A stretch of 64,000 bases of DNA from assembly GCA_016840095.1 (NCBI GenBank), contig JAEOSZ010000024.1, positions 44,958 through 108,957 on the forward strand, given 5' to 3'. The translations under genes were made by a program, and so were the position numbers. The notes under the pieces are model-generated. The model did not search any database. It worked only from the letters and a program-made list of their open reading frames with translations, and was not told the DNA's origin. This document shows, piece by piece, positions 8,666-17,320 of the stretch; positions within the stretch are counted from its first letter, which is position 1; each line of letters starts with the position of its first letter. This DNA is from Candidatus Heimdallarchaeota archaeon (GTDB lineage: Archaea; Asgardarchaeota; Heimdallarchaeia; Heimdallarchaeales; Heimdallarchaeaceae).

Positions 8666-10407
8666 ACCTTCAACTCAATATCTCCTAATTTGTTAATCAG
8701 ATAGAAACATAATGCTGTGATTATCACCAATATACTTGCCATTGCTGTTGAAATCTGTAATGTTTGGGACTTCAGAAGCTTGTATATACCAATTGATAAT
8801 GTCTCAAAATTTGCTCTTGCCAACAGATATGTTGCACCAAATTCTCCTAAACTTATTGCAAAGGAAAAAATTCCACCAACTATTATTCCTCTTTTAATCA
8901 AAGGAAACTCTATCTTCCTAAAAATTGTGAATCTTGACGCCCCCAATGAAGATGCAACATTTAGTAGTTCTACGTCAATTCTGCTATATGCTACTAATAT
9001 TGATCTCGTTACAAAAGGTATACTGATTAAAACATGAGACATAATTATGAAAATCCACACAGCATTATAGTATGAACTTAAGTTCCCAAAATTCAGATAC
9101 AATCCTAGACCTAGTGTTATTGATGAGGTTGCCATCGGGAGAATTACTAGATAGGATACTAAACTCTCAGAAATTGATTTTTCGTATTTCTTTATTCTCT
9201 GATATCTATTTCTTAAGATAAAGACTATTAGAACTGAAAGCAACAGGCTAATAGCTGATGCAATTAATGCAAAGAGAAATGTATTTCCGAACAGTCTTAA
9301 TGTAGTTGTACTTAGAGGTGTAATTTTCTGTTGAGTGAATATTTGAGAATATCCCCACAAAGGAGATACAATAGTATTGTCTGGAATAAATGATTTAACT
9401 ATTATTGCAATTATTGGAGCAAAAGAGAATATTAGAACAATTATGATGAATAAAAGATAAGAAATCAATGCCATTCGGGATTTCCAATTTCTAGCTTTCA
9501 GAGATAATTTCTCAGTTTTTAGTCCTTTTTCCTTTCCTTCTGCCATTTTTCTAGATTTTCGTTCAACAGCTAGATAGAGAATAATAATCAAACTATTAAT
9601 GATAAGCTGTACAATTGCTAGCGATGCTCCTGCTGAGAAATTTAGTGTGTCAAAAGATTCATAAATCAAAACTTCAAGAGTATAAAAATTAAAATTACCA
9701 AGTTTCATAACAATTGCAAAACTATTGAAAGTATAGATAAAAACTAGCAATGAGGAAGAAATTATTGCATTTTTTATTTGAGGAAGAGTAACTTTCCTGA
9801 ATATTCTATTTCTCTTTGCACCTAAAGTTGAAGAAACCTCTATTTGTTCATAATCTATGCTCTGCCAAGCAGGTATTGTTAGACGAATTATAACTGATAG
9901 ATTATAGAATACATGTGCAAGGACTATTCCTTGAACCGTTCCATCTATAGTAATCAAAGCACTACTTGAATTAGAAATATTTTGCCAAAGAAGATTTACC
10001 CAGCCTCCTTGACCATAAGTAACAGTAAATCCAATCAAAACTATAACTGGTGGTAGAACAAAAGGGATAGTTAGTAGATTAATTATCAGTTTTTTTCCTC
10101 TAAACTCATATTTTGCAAAGAAATAACCAACAGGCAATCCAAATAGGAGACATAAAATGGTTGAGAGAAAAGCTTGTAGGAAGGTAAAACCCATGAATTT
10201 AAGGTTAAACGGATCACTAATAGTTTCCCAAAAAACCTGAAAACTGTTTCCTGTTTCAGAGCTAAAAGCTGTCTGAAATATCCTAACTATTGGAACATAG
10301 AAAAAAGCTAAGAGGAATGATATTAGTGCTATAACTGACAGACCTATTATGAATTTATTAGATAAACCACCCATATCAGTTTTCTTTTTCTGAATAGATC
10401 TATGCAT
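8662..10407 (-). CDS. thiP: ABC transporter permease with two BPD_transp_1 halves (ThiP/FbpB type)
   Basis: Two EAA-like loops (EVSSTLGAKRNRIFRKVTLP; NVASSLGASRFTIFRKIEFP), LAHVFYN, SLGEFGAT; directly follows thiB. Confidence 0.85.
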   Translation of the reverse strand: MHRSIQKKKTDMGGLSNKFIIGLSVIALISFLLAFFYVPIVRIFQTAFSSETGNSFQVFWETISDPFNLKFMGFTFLQAFLSTILCLLFGLPVGYFFAKYEFRGKKLIINLLTIPFVLPPVIVLIGFTVTYGQGGWVNLLWQNISNSSSALITIDGTVQGIVLAHVFYNLSVIIRLTIPAWQSIDYEQIEVSSTLGAKRNRIFRKVTLPQIKNAIISSSLLVFIYTFNSFAIVMKLGNFNFYTLEVLIYESFDTLNFSAGASLAIVQLIINSLIIILYLAVERKSRKMAEGKEKGLKTEKLSLKARNWKSRMALISYLLFIIIVLIFSFAPIIAIIVKSFIPDNTIVSPLWGYSQIFTQQKITPLSTTTLRLFGNTFLFALIASAISLLLSVLIVFILRNRYQRIKKYEKSISESLVSYLVILPMATSSITLGLGLYLNFGNLSSYYNAVWIFIIMSHVLISIPFVTRSILVAYSRIDVELLNVASSLGASRFTIFRKIEFPLIKRGIIVGGIFSFAISLGEFGATYLLARANFETLSIGIYKLLKSQTLQISTAMASILVIITALCFYLINKLGDIELKV

Positions 10408-10422
10408 AGTTATTTTACCTAC

Positions 10423-11640
10423 TTAGTTTCTGCGATTCTTCAAGATAATATAAGCTATAGTTAAGGTCAAAAAGGAAAATATAATTCCTGTGAAATTGCT
10501 GAATGGAGCTACTTCTGTTTTCCAATCACTTTTCCACTTCTCAAGATTGTCATTCAACACCTCAGGTGATATTAGATCATTCAAGATATCTACATCATTG
10601 GGATTGATTGAATTGTCTATAAAGCAACTGGAGATAGTAGCGTTATTATGAACTGGATACATCCAATTATTGAGAGCAATATTATCCTGCAACTCTTTGC
10701 TTAGAAACCAATCAATAAATTGCTTGCCATTGTCAGGATGATTTGCATTTTTCACCAAACCAATACCTTCTATTTGTAACCATGCATTATCAAAATCTAA
10801 TTCATGAGATAATAAAGCAGCTGAAGGAGGAGGATTACCTTCTCCTACACCATATAGAGGATGGCAAACATCATAAGCAGGACTAGTACCATAAGAAACC
10901 ATCATTGGTCTATTTTCTTCCTCAGTATAGTAGATACTGAATGCATCTCCCCAACTTGAAGCTATGCGTAAGTCTTTCTTTGCTTCTTTCCACCAATTTC
11001 TCCAATCCTGACCTAACAACCCTTCAAACTCAATTTGAGGGTCACCATATACTGCTATAGTCCATAGCAAGAAACCTAATCCTGGAGAACTGAAATTTGG
11101 GTTTTCAACTACTAGTTTTTTATCTAAATCATAATCTAGAATATCTTGCAATTCTAGTCCATCTAATTCAGGATTTGTAGATGTATTAAGTCTGCTAAGT
11201 GAGTGCCATAAAGCAATTACTCCCATATCATATGGAATAACATACTTTTCAGGATCCAAATTGTCTACTATGCTTTGAGATATATTAACCAAAGCTGGTG
11301 AATTATATGTCTGTAAAATTTCTTGTTCCTTTGCTGTGTGAATTAGAACGTTATCTATTCCAATTAACACATCTGCGACTGGATTATTTTTTTCTAACGC
11401 AGCTTGAGTAACTACAGAGTTAGCATCATCTAGAAGAATAACTTGTATCTCTTCTTCAGGTATTCCACTATAGTTCGAAAATCCTGAGATATAGTCATAA
11501 CCTGGATCTGCAAGAAGAGATTCATATGTGTAAATTACCAAAGAATAATCTTCTACTGCATAGTTGTAACCTTCAGATTTCATCCCAATAGGTAATAGAA
11601 TCATTAAAACAATTAAACTTAGCAAAATGCTTTTTTTCAT
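10423..11640 (-). CDS. thiB: Thiamine ABC transporter substrate-binding protein with signal peptide and C-terminal membrane anchor
   Basis: ThiB motifs LVIYTYES, ADVLIGIDN, SSPGLGFL, MMVSYGTSPAY, LQIEG, NWMYPV. Confidence 0.9.
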   Translation of the reverse strand: MKKSILLSLIVLMILLPIGMKSEGYNYAVEDYSLVIYTYESLLADPGYDYISGFSNYSGIPEEEIQVILLDDANSVVTQAALEKNNPVADVLIGIDNVLIHTAKEQEILQTYNSPALVNISQSIVDNLDPEKYVIPYDMGVIALWHSLSRLNTSTNPELDGLELQDILDYDLDKKLVVENPNFSSPGLGFLLWTIAVYGDPQIEFEGLLGQDWRNWWKEAKKDLRIASSWGDAFSIYYTEEENRPMMVSYGTSPAYDVCHPLYGVGEGNPPPSAALLSHELDFDNAWLQIEGIGLVKNANHPDNGKQFIDWFLSKELQDNIALNNWMYPVHNNATISSCFIDNSINPNDVDILNDLISPEVLNDNLEKWKSDWKTEVAPFSNFTGIIFSFLTLTIAYIILKNRRN

Positions 11641-11678
11641 AGTATCATGCTAACTCAATGTATTTAGGTTTTAAATAT

Positions 11679-11702
11679 TAGGTTCACTATATAGGTGACC
11701 TA
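11679..11702. promoter_or_regulatory. Imperfect palindrome upstream of thiB, candidate ThiR operator
   Basis: TAGGT-TCA-CTATATAG-GTG-ACCTA abuts the TATA-like element near 11669-11677. GTCACCTATAT recurs in inverted orientation at 12620-12630 upstream of thiR. Confidence 0.5.
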
Positions 11703-11707
11703 TAGAA

Positions 11708-12616
11708 TTACAAGAGAATAGCAATAATATCTAGGATGTTCTTTTTTTCTTTTGCAAATATATACGAAATTGATTCAAATCCAGGACTTGCCTTATCAAT
11801 AAGAACTCTTATATCTATTATTCGATTTCCTTTTTCAATATCTGATAGAATCTGGTTTTTTTCCAGATCTAAATGCTCTGTTTCAATATATTTAATTTTG
11901 TTAGTTTGAAGAATTTTTTTCAGTTCTTCCTTAGTTTTCAAGCTTAAAATCCATTGAATATCTGGATTATTTTTTTTCATCCACAATAAGAGAAGTGAAG
12001 AAGTTTTGGAGCAACCAAATTCAGGAGAACTAACATTAGTAATTTGATCTTTTACTTTAATTATTCTACCAGGAAAGCTAGCTACATCATCTAAATCTTT
12101 TGCATCAGTTCCACAATGAGCTAGTTGAGCACCAATTTCAGGGATCCATTGGTAGATATTCTCATTCCTTTTCATTTCTTCAAGAGCATCATTTAGATTC
12201 TGAATAATTTCAGATCTTGTTGTTAATGAAGGAATGGTGTCAAATCCTGAACAAATACTGCAATTTTTGATATCTTTTATCTCTGGAAGCATTTGCTTAT
12301 GAACTGAACAAATCGGACCACTCACCCTTAATGATTTACATTTAGTGCAAATTGTTCTCATAACAAATTCAAGTGATTCCTTTGAGTTGAGCATATCCGA
12401 AATAATTGTCGAAAGAGACTCTAAATGAGGATTAACTCGTTTATCTCCAATTTCATTCAATTTTTTCTGCAAATAAGAAACAATTACAGGTTGTTTCACA
12501 CCCAAAATTTCAGCTATATTGTTTTGAGACATTCCTCTATCTCTTAATTCATGAGCAACTCTAATTCTCAAATTAGGCAAAAATGATGAAGCAATAAATT
12601 CACAAGGAAAGCGCAT
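11708..12616 (-). CDS. thiR: ThiR-type regulator: HTH/Cys-rich domain fused to a ThiN (thiamine-phosphate synthase)-like sensor domain
   Basis: N-terminal PCE, HTH SQNNIAEILGVKQPVIVSYL, CxxC..C..H..CxxC; ThiN-like IPEIG..DVASFPGRI..PEFGCS; directly upstream of thiBPQ. Confidence 0.8.
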   Translation of the reverse strand: MRFPCEFIASSFLPNLRIRVAHELRDRGMSQNNIAEILGVKQPVIVSYLQKKLNEIGDKRVNPHLESLSTIISDMLNSKESLEFVMRTICTKCKSLRVSGPICSVHKQMLPEIKDIKNCSICSGFDTIPSLTTRSEIIQNLNDALEEMKRNENIYQWIPEIGAQLAHCGTDAKDLDDVASFPGRIIKVKDQITNVSSPEFGCSKTSSLLLLWMKKNNPDIQWILSLKTKEELKKILQTNKIKYIETEHLDLEKNQILSDIEKGNRIIDIRVLIDKASPGFESISYIFAKEKKNILDIIAILL

Positions 12617-12734
12617 TTCGTCACCTATATGGCCACTATAGAGCCCCCCTATTTAAAGATTTCAAGACAAAAGAATTATTGCTCATCGACAAAACAGATA
12701 TAAGCATCTAGTATTTCTTATGTTTGTAATAAAA

Positions 12735-12866
12735 ATGGTAAACGTCTTAAATTCAATTCTGGGTACAGTTGTTTTTCTTGCAATAAGTATAGTAATATCT
12801 TTCGCAGTATATATTATGTTCAAATATGCAGCTAAGGAAGAAACGATTGGTACTGAAGGAAAGTAA
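12735..12866 (+). CDS. Small single-pass membrane protein, 43 aa (missing from ORF track)
   Basis: MVNVLNSILGTVVFLAISIVISFAVYIMFKYAAKEETIGTEGK*; TATA-like GATATAAG at 12697-12704. Confidence 0.6.
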   Translation: MVNVLNSILGTVVFLAISIVISFAVYIMFKYAAKEETIGTEGK

Positions 12867-13001
12867 CAAGAATATAAACCATTAATTCAATTGAAATCAA
12901 ACAAAGATACGGTCTAAATAACCTTAATAAAGGCATCAGCAATAAAATAATACGCAACTCTAATAATTAGAATTGGGTATTTGAGCAGAAGGTAAGAAAA
13001 A

Positions 13002-13904
13002 ATGGCAATCGATGAGAATTATGATACAACTGGGACTCCTTATCTTGAACAAATTTTCAAGATAGCTCAAGATAGAAGATATTCTACTGCCATTGATGTC
13101 TGGGCCATTATCCTTGATGCTGAATTTTCAAATAGACGATATGAGAGTCTAGATGGAAAATCAATAATGGGGATTACTGCATCAGACATTGCATCTAGCC
13201 TAAATATGCATCTAAGCTCAGTTTATCACAATCTGAAAATACTTCAATCTGAAGAATTAGAACTTTTAGAAACTGATGATTTACTAATCTACAACGAAAA
13301 AGGAAGAAGAGTCAAACAGAAGGTTTATCGAATCCCTAGAATCTATTATGATGAATTTAGACAGATTCTTGGAGAGCTGCATCATGAAGGATTTAGAGCT
13401 CCACATAGAAAATTCACCTTTTTCAATCTTTTAAAAATCAAAGGAATTTTATCTCATTATGCTGCACTACTTCACAAGGATAGAGTACTTGTCGATAATG
13501 AAACTGAAGAAGTTGACAATTGGTATCTAGATTGGATGAATCCAATTAATTTACGAAATAATGTTGTTACACCTGGTGTTCTCTATAAATTCGCAAAAGA
13601 AGATATGAATAAAATTTTAAATAGTATAATTGATATTCTTGAAGATTATAAAGAAAGTTATAGTGAAGAACATGAAGCAAAAGGGATATTACCAATTTCT
13701 TTTACTTACTTGGTTTTAGTTCCTTACACTCAAAAAATGAGAGAAGGAGAATGGATGAATAGAGAAGAATACGAGGAAAGAATTGCTGAATCTTTAGCTA
13801 AAACTGCAAAAGACGACTTGCTTGAATGTAGAAAAGATCATGATACCTTTTTCAGATATGGACTCGCATGTCCGGTTTGTGGAGAGAAACCGAAAAAGAC
13901 CTAA
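13002..13904 (+). CDS. Winged-helix (ArsR-like) DNA-binding protein with C-terminal zinc ribbon
   Basis: ITASDIASSLNMHLSSVYHNLKIL helix-turn-helix with wing (KQKVYRI); C-terminal CRKDH..CPVCG. Confidence 0.75.
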   Translation: MAIDENYDTTGTPYLEQIFKIAQDRRYSTAIDVWAIILDAEFSNRRYESLDGKSIMGITASDIASSLNMHLSSVYHNLKILQSEELELLETDDLLIYNEKGRRVKQKVYRIPRIYYDEFRQILGELHHEGFRAPHRKFTFFNLLKIKGILSHYAALLHKDRVLVDNETEEVDNWYLDWMNPINLRNNVVTPGVLYKFAKEDMNKILNSIIDILEDYKESYSEEHEAKGILPISFTYLVLVPYTQKMREGEWMNREEYEERIAESLAKTAKDDLLECRKDHDTFFRYGLACPVCGEKPKKT

Positions 13905-13911
13905 GAGTGTA

Positions 13912-14691
13912 TTATCCTAATATTTGACCAGAATCTATTCTAATAACTTGACCATGGATATGACTTGTGGTCAATAGCAATTTTATCAGAGGATAAATAT
14001 CTTCAGGATCCAAAGATTGCTTCATTGGATTTTTACTTTTGATTTTATTCACAATATTTTCATAAGTATCTTCAGATTCTGTTGCTTTATATTTAAGCTC
14101 ATCAACATGCCGATCAGTCATAACATACCCAGGAGCAATAGTGTTTGTAATGATATTATATTCAGCTCCTTCCAGAGCAAAAGATAAAGTTAGATTATGA
14201 ATTGCAGCTTTAGCAACGCCATAAGGCATTTTTTTCATAGAAGGTCTTAATCCAGTAGTTGAACCAAAGAAGACTATATTTCCTCCGTTGTGCTCTTTCA
14301 TCCAGATATATCCTTCTCTACCTATAAGGAAAGTTGAATCAAGATTAACTGCTAAAACTTGTCTAAAGTCAGTATAGCTGATATCTTCTATAGTTTTGCT
14401 AAATAAACTTCCTCCTACAAAAATTAATAGTCCGTCTATCTTTGGTGTGAGTAGTTTGACTTCATTGAACGCTTCTATGACACTACTTTCGGAAGTATAA
14501 TCGCATTCTACAAAATCAATTGAATATCCGTTTTGATTTAGTACATCAACAAATTCCTTACTATTTTTTCCACCTATACCAATAACCCTGAAGTAATCTT
14601 TTATTAGTCTCTCTGTAACGATTTTTCCAATTCCACTTCCAGGAGCAGCAATTAAAACAGTTTTTTGATATTCTTGTGCCATTTTATCCAA
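13912..14691 (-). CDS. SDR family oxidoreductase
   Basis: APGSGIG nucleotide-binding loop, catalytic YGVAK, NTIAPGYVMTD, GQVIRIDSG. ATG 14682 is an alternative start. Confidence 0.9.
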   Translation of the reverse strand: MDKMAQEYQKTVLIAAPGSGIGKIVTERLIKDYFRVIGIGGKNSKEFVDVLNQNGYSIDFVECDYTSESSVIEAFNEVKLLTPKIDGLLIFVGGSLFSKTIEDISYTDFRQVLAVNLDSTFLIGREGYIWMKEHNGGNIVFFGSTTGLRPSMKKMPYGVAKAAIHNLTLSFALEGAEYNIITNTIAPGYVMTDRHVDELKYKATESEDTYENIVNKIKSKNPMKQSLDPEDIYPLIKLLLTTSHIHGQVIRIDSGQILG

Positions 14692-14796
14692 CTATACTAG
14701 ATTTTCAAGATGTTAAGTTTTTTTATGATTCAAATTTGAGGGCAATATTTAAGGAGAAGGAAAAATTATGTAAACTCAAATCTTGAGTGATTAATA

Positions 14797-15447
14797 ATGG
14801 AAACAGAAATATTTTCAGTAAATATTGACCAACTTAACTTGAATAAGATTCGAGAGGTAGCTAATGCGATTTCAGATGGACATATTGTTGCATTTCCAAC
14901 TGACACCTTATATGGTATGGGGTGTGATGTTTTCAATGAAGAAGCTGTAAGAACTTTGTATGAAATCAAAGGGAGACCAACAAATAAGCCAATTAATGTG
15001 TTGATCTCGAGTGTAGACCAAGTATATGATGTCGCAAAGAATATTAAACCCTTGTTCTTCAATTTAGCTGAGAAATTTTGGCCAGGAGCTTTAACTCTAG
15101 TAGTTGAAAAAAACACACAAGTTAGTAACGTTGTAACTTCAGGACTAGCTTCTGTTGGTGTTCGTTTTCCAGATAATAAAATAGTACAAGAGCTAATCAA
15201 TATAACTCACACACCTTTAGCTACTACTAGTGCTAACATTGCTGAAGAACCAAGCGCAACTAAAGCTAAAGAGGTACTCGAATATTTCAATGGAAAGATA
15301 CCATATATTATTGATGGAGGTACTGTTGAAATAGGACAAGCTTCTACAATTGTAGATATTTCTTCTAAACCTCCCAAAGTAGTAAGACACGGTGCTATAC
15401 CTTATGCTGAATTAAAACCTCATATCCGAGGATTAAGAAAGGAATAG
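14797..15447 (+). CDS. tsaC: L-threonylcarbamoyladenylate synthase (TsaC/YrdC single-domain form)
   Basis: AFPTDTLYG, KGRP, FWPGALT, VGVRFP, TSAN, STIVD, VRHGAI. Confidence 0.93.
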   Translation: METEIFSVNIDQLNLNKIREVANAISDGHIVAFPTDTLYGMGCDVFNEEAVRTLYEIKGRPTNKPINVLISSVDQVYDVAKNIKPLFFNLAEKFWPGALTLVVEKNTQVSNVVTSGLASVGVRFPDNKIVQELINITHTPLATTSANIAEEPSATKAKEVLEYFNGKIPYIIDGGTVEIGQASTIVDISSKPPKVVRHGAIPYAELKPHIRGLRKE

Positions 15448-15508
15448 GTAAAAAAGTACCAAATATAATCTTTTTAAAGAGGGAGAAAAATATACTAGGT
15501 TGATTTAA

Positions 15509-16147
15509 ATGACAACAGAAGTTGTATTCTGGGATGTAGATACTCAAGTAGATTTCATGAATTCAGAAGGAAAACTGTATGTACCTGGTGCTGAAAATCT
15601 GAAAGGAAATCTAGAGAAACTCACTCAATTTGCTAGAATGAACAACATTCGTATTCTTGGTTCAGTAGATTTTCATTCTGACACCGATCCTGAAATCGAG
15701 AAAGAGAATCCAGATTTTGAAGAGACTTTCCCCCCTCATTGCATGCAAAATGATCCAGGTCAAGAGAAGATAATTGAAACAAGATCTGATTTAACTCAAT
15801 GGATTGATCCTGTTACATATCCAGATGAAAAACTAGAAAGAATCATCGCATCTAAAGGACCAATTATCATAAGAAAAACAGCACTAAGCGCTTTTTCAAA
15901 TCCAAATTTAATGCCGTTAATTGGATTAATCAAACCTCAAAAAATAGTTATTTATGGAGTAGCAATTGACTTCTGTGTTAAAACAGCAATTGAGGGATTT
16001 CTCAACTTTGGAAATTTAGAGATTTATCTTGTTATAGATGCAATTGAAGGGATAAATGAAGAAGAATCAAGAAGATTAATAGAAGAGTGGATACAAAAAG
16101 GGGTTCATACTGTTACAACGGAAGCAGTTCTTCAGGGATATATTTGA
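15509..16147 (+). CDS. pncA: Nicotinamidase/isochorismatase family cysteine hydrolase
   Basis: DVDTQVDF, G.LYVPGA, D.H, FPPHC, catalytic Lys, GVAIDFCV. Confidence 0.8.
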   Translation: MTTEVVFWDVDTQVDFMNSEGKLYVPGAENLKGNLEKLTQFARMNNIRILGSVDFHSDTDPEIEKENPDFEETFPPHCMQNDPGQEKIIETRSDLTQWIDPVTYPDEKLERIIASKGPIIIRKTALSAFSNPNLMPLIGLIKPQKIVIYGVAIDFCVKTAIEGFLNFGNLEIYLVIDAIEGINEEESRRLIEEWIQKGVHTVTTEAVLQGYI

Positions 16148-16154
16148 AAATATT

Positions 16155-16490
16155 CTAGAATGTAAGTTGATACCATCCTTCTTTCAACATTTCAGTTACA
16201 AATGTTCCAACATACCGGACATCTATGCCGATTTTTTCAAGTTCATCGCTGACTCCAAAATTATCACTACAAGCTTTACAAGCATAAACTTCTACACCTG
16301 CAACTTGCCAAGCTTTTATCAACTCTTGAAATTTTCTATCTTCAGCAGCCATCTTTTCTGTAGGTCCCCATAATATCACGCGAACCTGATCCATCCAACC
16401 TTGTTTTTTTGAGTTGAACGCATAAGGAAAACTTAATTCTTCATGCACTACTTTATCAGCTGAACTTAGAATCATAAACACTCTATCCAT
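16155..16490 (-). CDS. DsrE family protein
   Basis: VRVILWGP, ACKACSD, LKEGW pattern of small DsrE-like proteins. Confidence 0.85.
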   Translation of the reverse strand: MDRVFMILSSADKVVHEELSFPYAFNSKKQGWMDQVRVILWGPTEKMAAEDRKFQELIKAWQVAGVEVYACKACSDNFGVSDELEKIGIDVRYVGTFVTEMLKEGWYQLTF

Positions 16491-16585
16491 AAATTTTCAA
16501 ATCTTCTTCAATTTAAAACAATTGAGTTTTTACAATTTTGTAAGTTGTTAATATTTATATGTCGACATTGAGAATTTGCTTAACT

Positions 16586-17029
16586 ATGAAGAAAAGAATA
16601 ATTGTGTTACTGATACTCAGCTTAACGATTTACTTTGCAGGTTCAAGCAGGGCTCATTCACCCACTAGTATAGAAATAGATTATGATTTTGAAACAAGCA
16701 TACTCACAGTTACGGTTTATCACTCAGTTACTGAGCCAGATATTCACTATATCAATCAAATAGATGTATGGGTTAATGATATTCTAAATACAACAGAATA
16801 CTATTCTAGACAATTTGAAACTACTTATCAATATGATACATTTAATATTACGGCAAATCATAGTGACACTATCAAAATCAAGGCTCATTGCAATGTTTCT
16901 GGAAGTCTAATTGATGAATTTATATTACAAGATCCTGTAATTCCTGAATTTGGAATTATTATTCCATTAATACTATTCACACTACTGAGTGCACTTCTAG
17001 GATTAAAAATTAGTAAGAAGAATAGTTAA
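16586..17029 (+). CDS. Secreted, C-terminally anchored protein with superoxide-reductase/desulfoferrodoxin-like metal motif and PEF(G)-CTERM tail
   Basis: Signal peptide MKKR..SRA then HSP, YHSV..HYINQI, HCNVSG; tail VIPEFG plus TM helix plus KISKK. Confidence 0.7.
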   Translation: MKKRIIVLLILSLTIYFAGSSRAHSPTSIEIDYDFETSILTVTVYHSVTEPDIHYINQIDVWVNDILNTTEYYSRQFETTYQYDTFNITANHSDTIKIKAHCNVSGSLIDEFILQDPVIPEFGIIIPLILFTLLSALLGLKISKKNS

Positions 17030-17141
17030 TTTCATTTTTTTCATCTTCATTTAGAATTTATTTAAATGTATTATTCACTAAATAATTGATTTAGTTGCAC
17101 CTATTAGAGCTAAGTGTTTCAAATTTACAATTAAAACCTTT

Positions 17142-17312
17142 TTACTCTCTTTTTTTTATTTCAAAAGAATATTTTTCCTTATCAATAATATGACAAACTG
17201 CACAGTTACTACAAGAACTACTGCAACTTCCTTGTGACAAAAAAATCTTTGCTAATCTTCTCCTAGCTTTCATCCAGAATGAAATTTCGGTAGTATTTTC
17301 TTTATCAGTCAT
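17142..17312 (-). CDS. FeoB-associated Cys-rich small protein, 56 aa (missing from ORF track)
   Basis: MTDKENTTEISFWMKARRRLAKIFLSQGSCSSSCSNCAVCHIIDKEKYSFEIKKRE*; starts 8 bp after the feoB stop with GGTGA at 17318-17322. Confidence 0.7.
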   Translation of the reverse strand: MTDKENTTEISFWMKARRRLAKIFLSQGSCSSSCSNCAVCHIIDKEKYSFEIKKRE

Positions 17313-17320
17313 ATTATCAC

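Noticed and set aside
11641-13001. TPP riboswitch upstream of thiB or thiR
   Set aside because: No CTGAGA or CCTGA..TAAT core motifs in the spacers; the thiB spacer is only 67 bp; a ThiR regulator is present.
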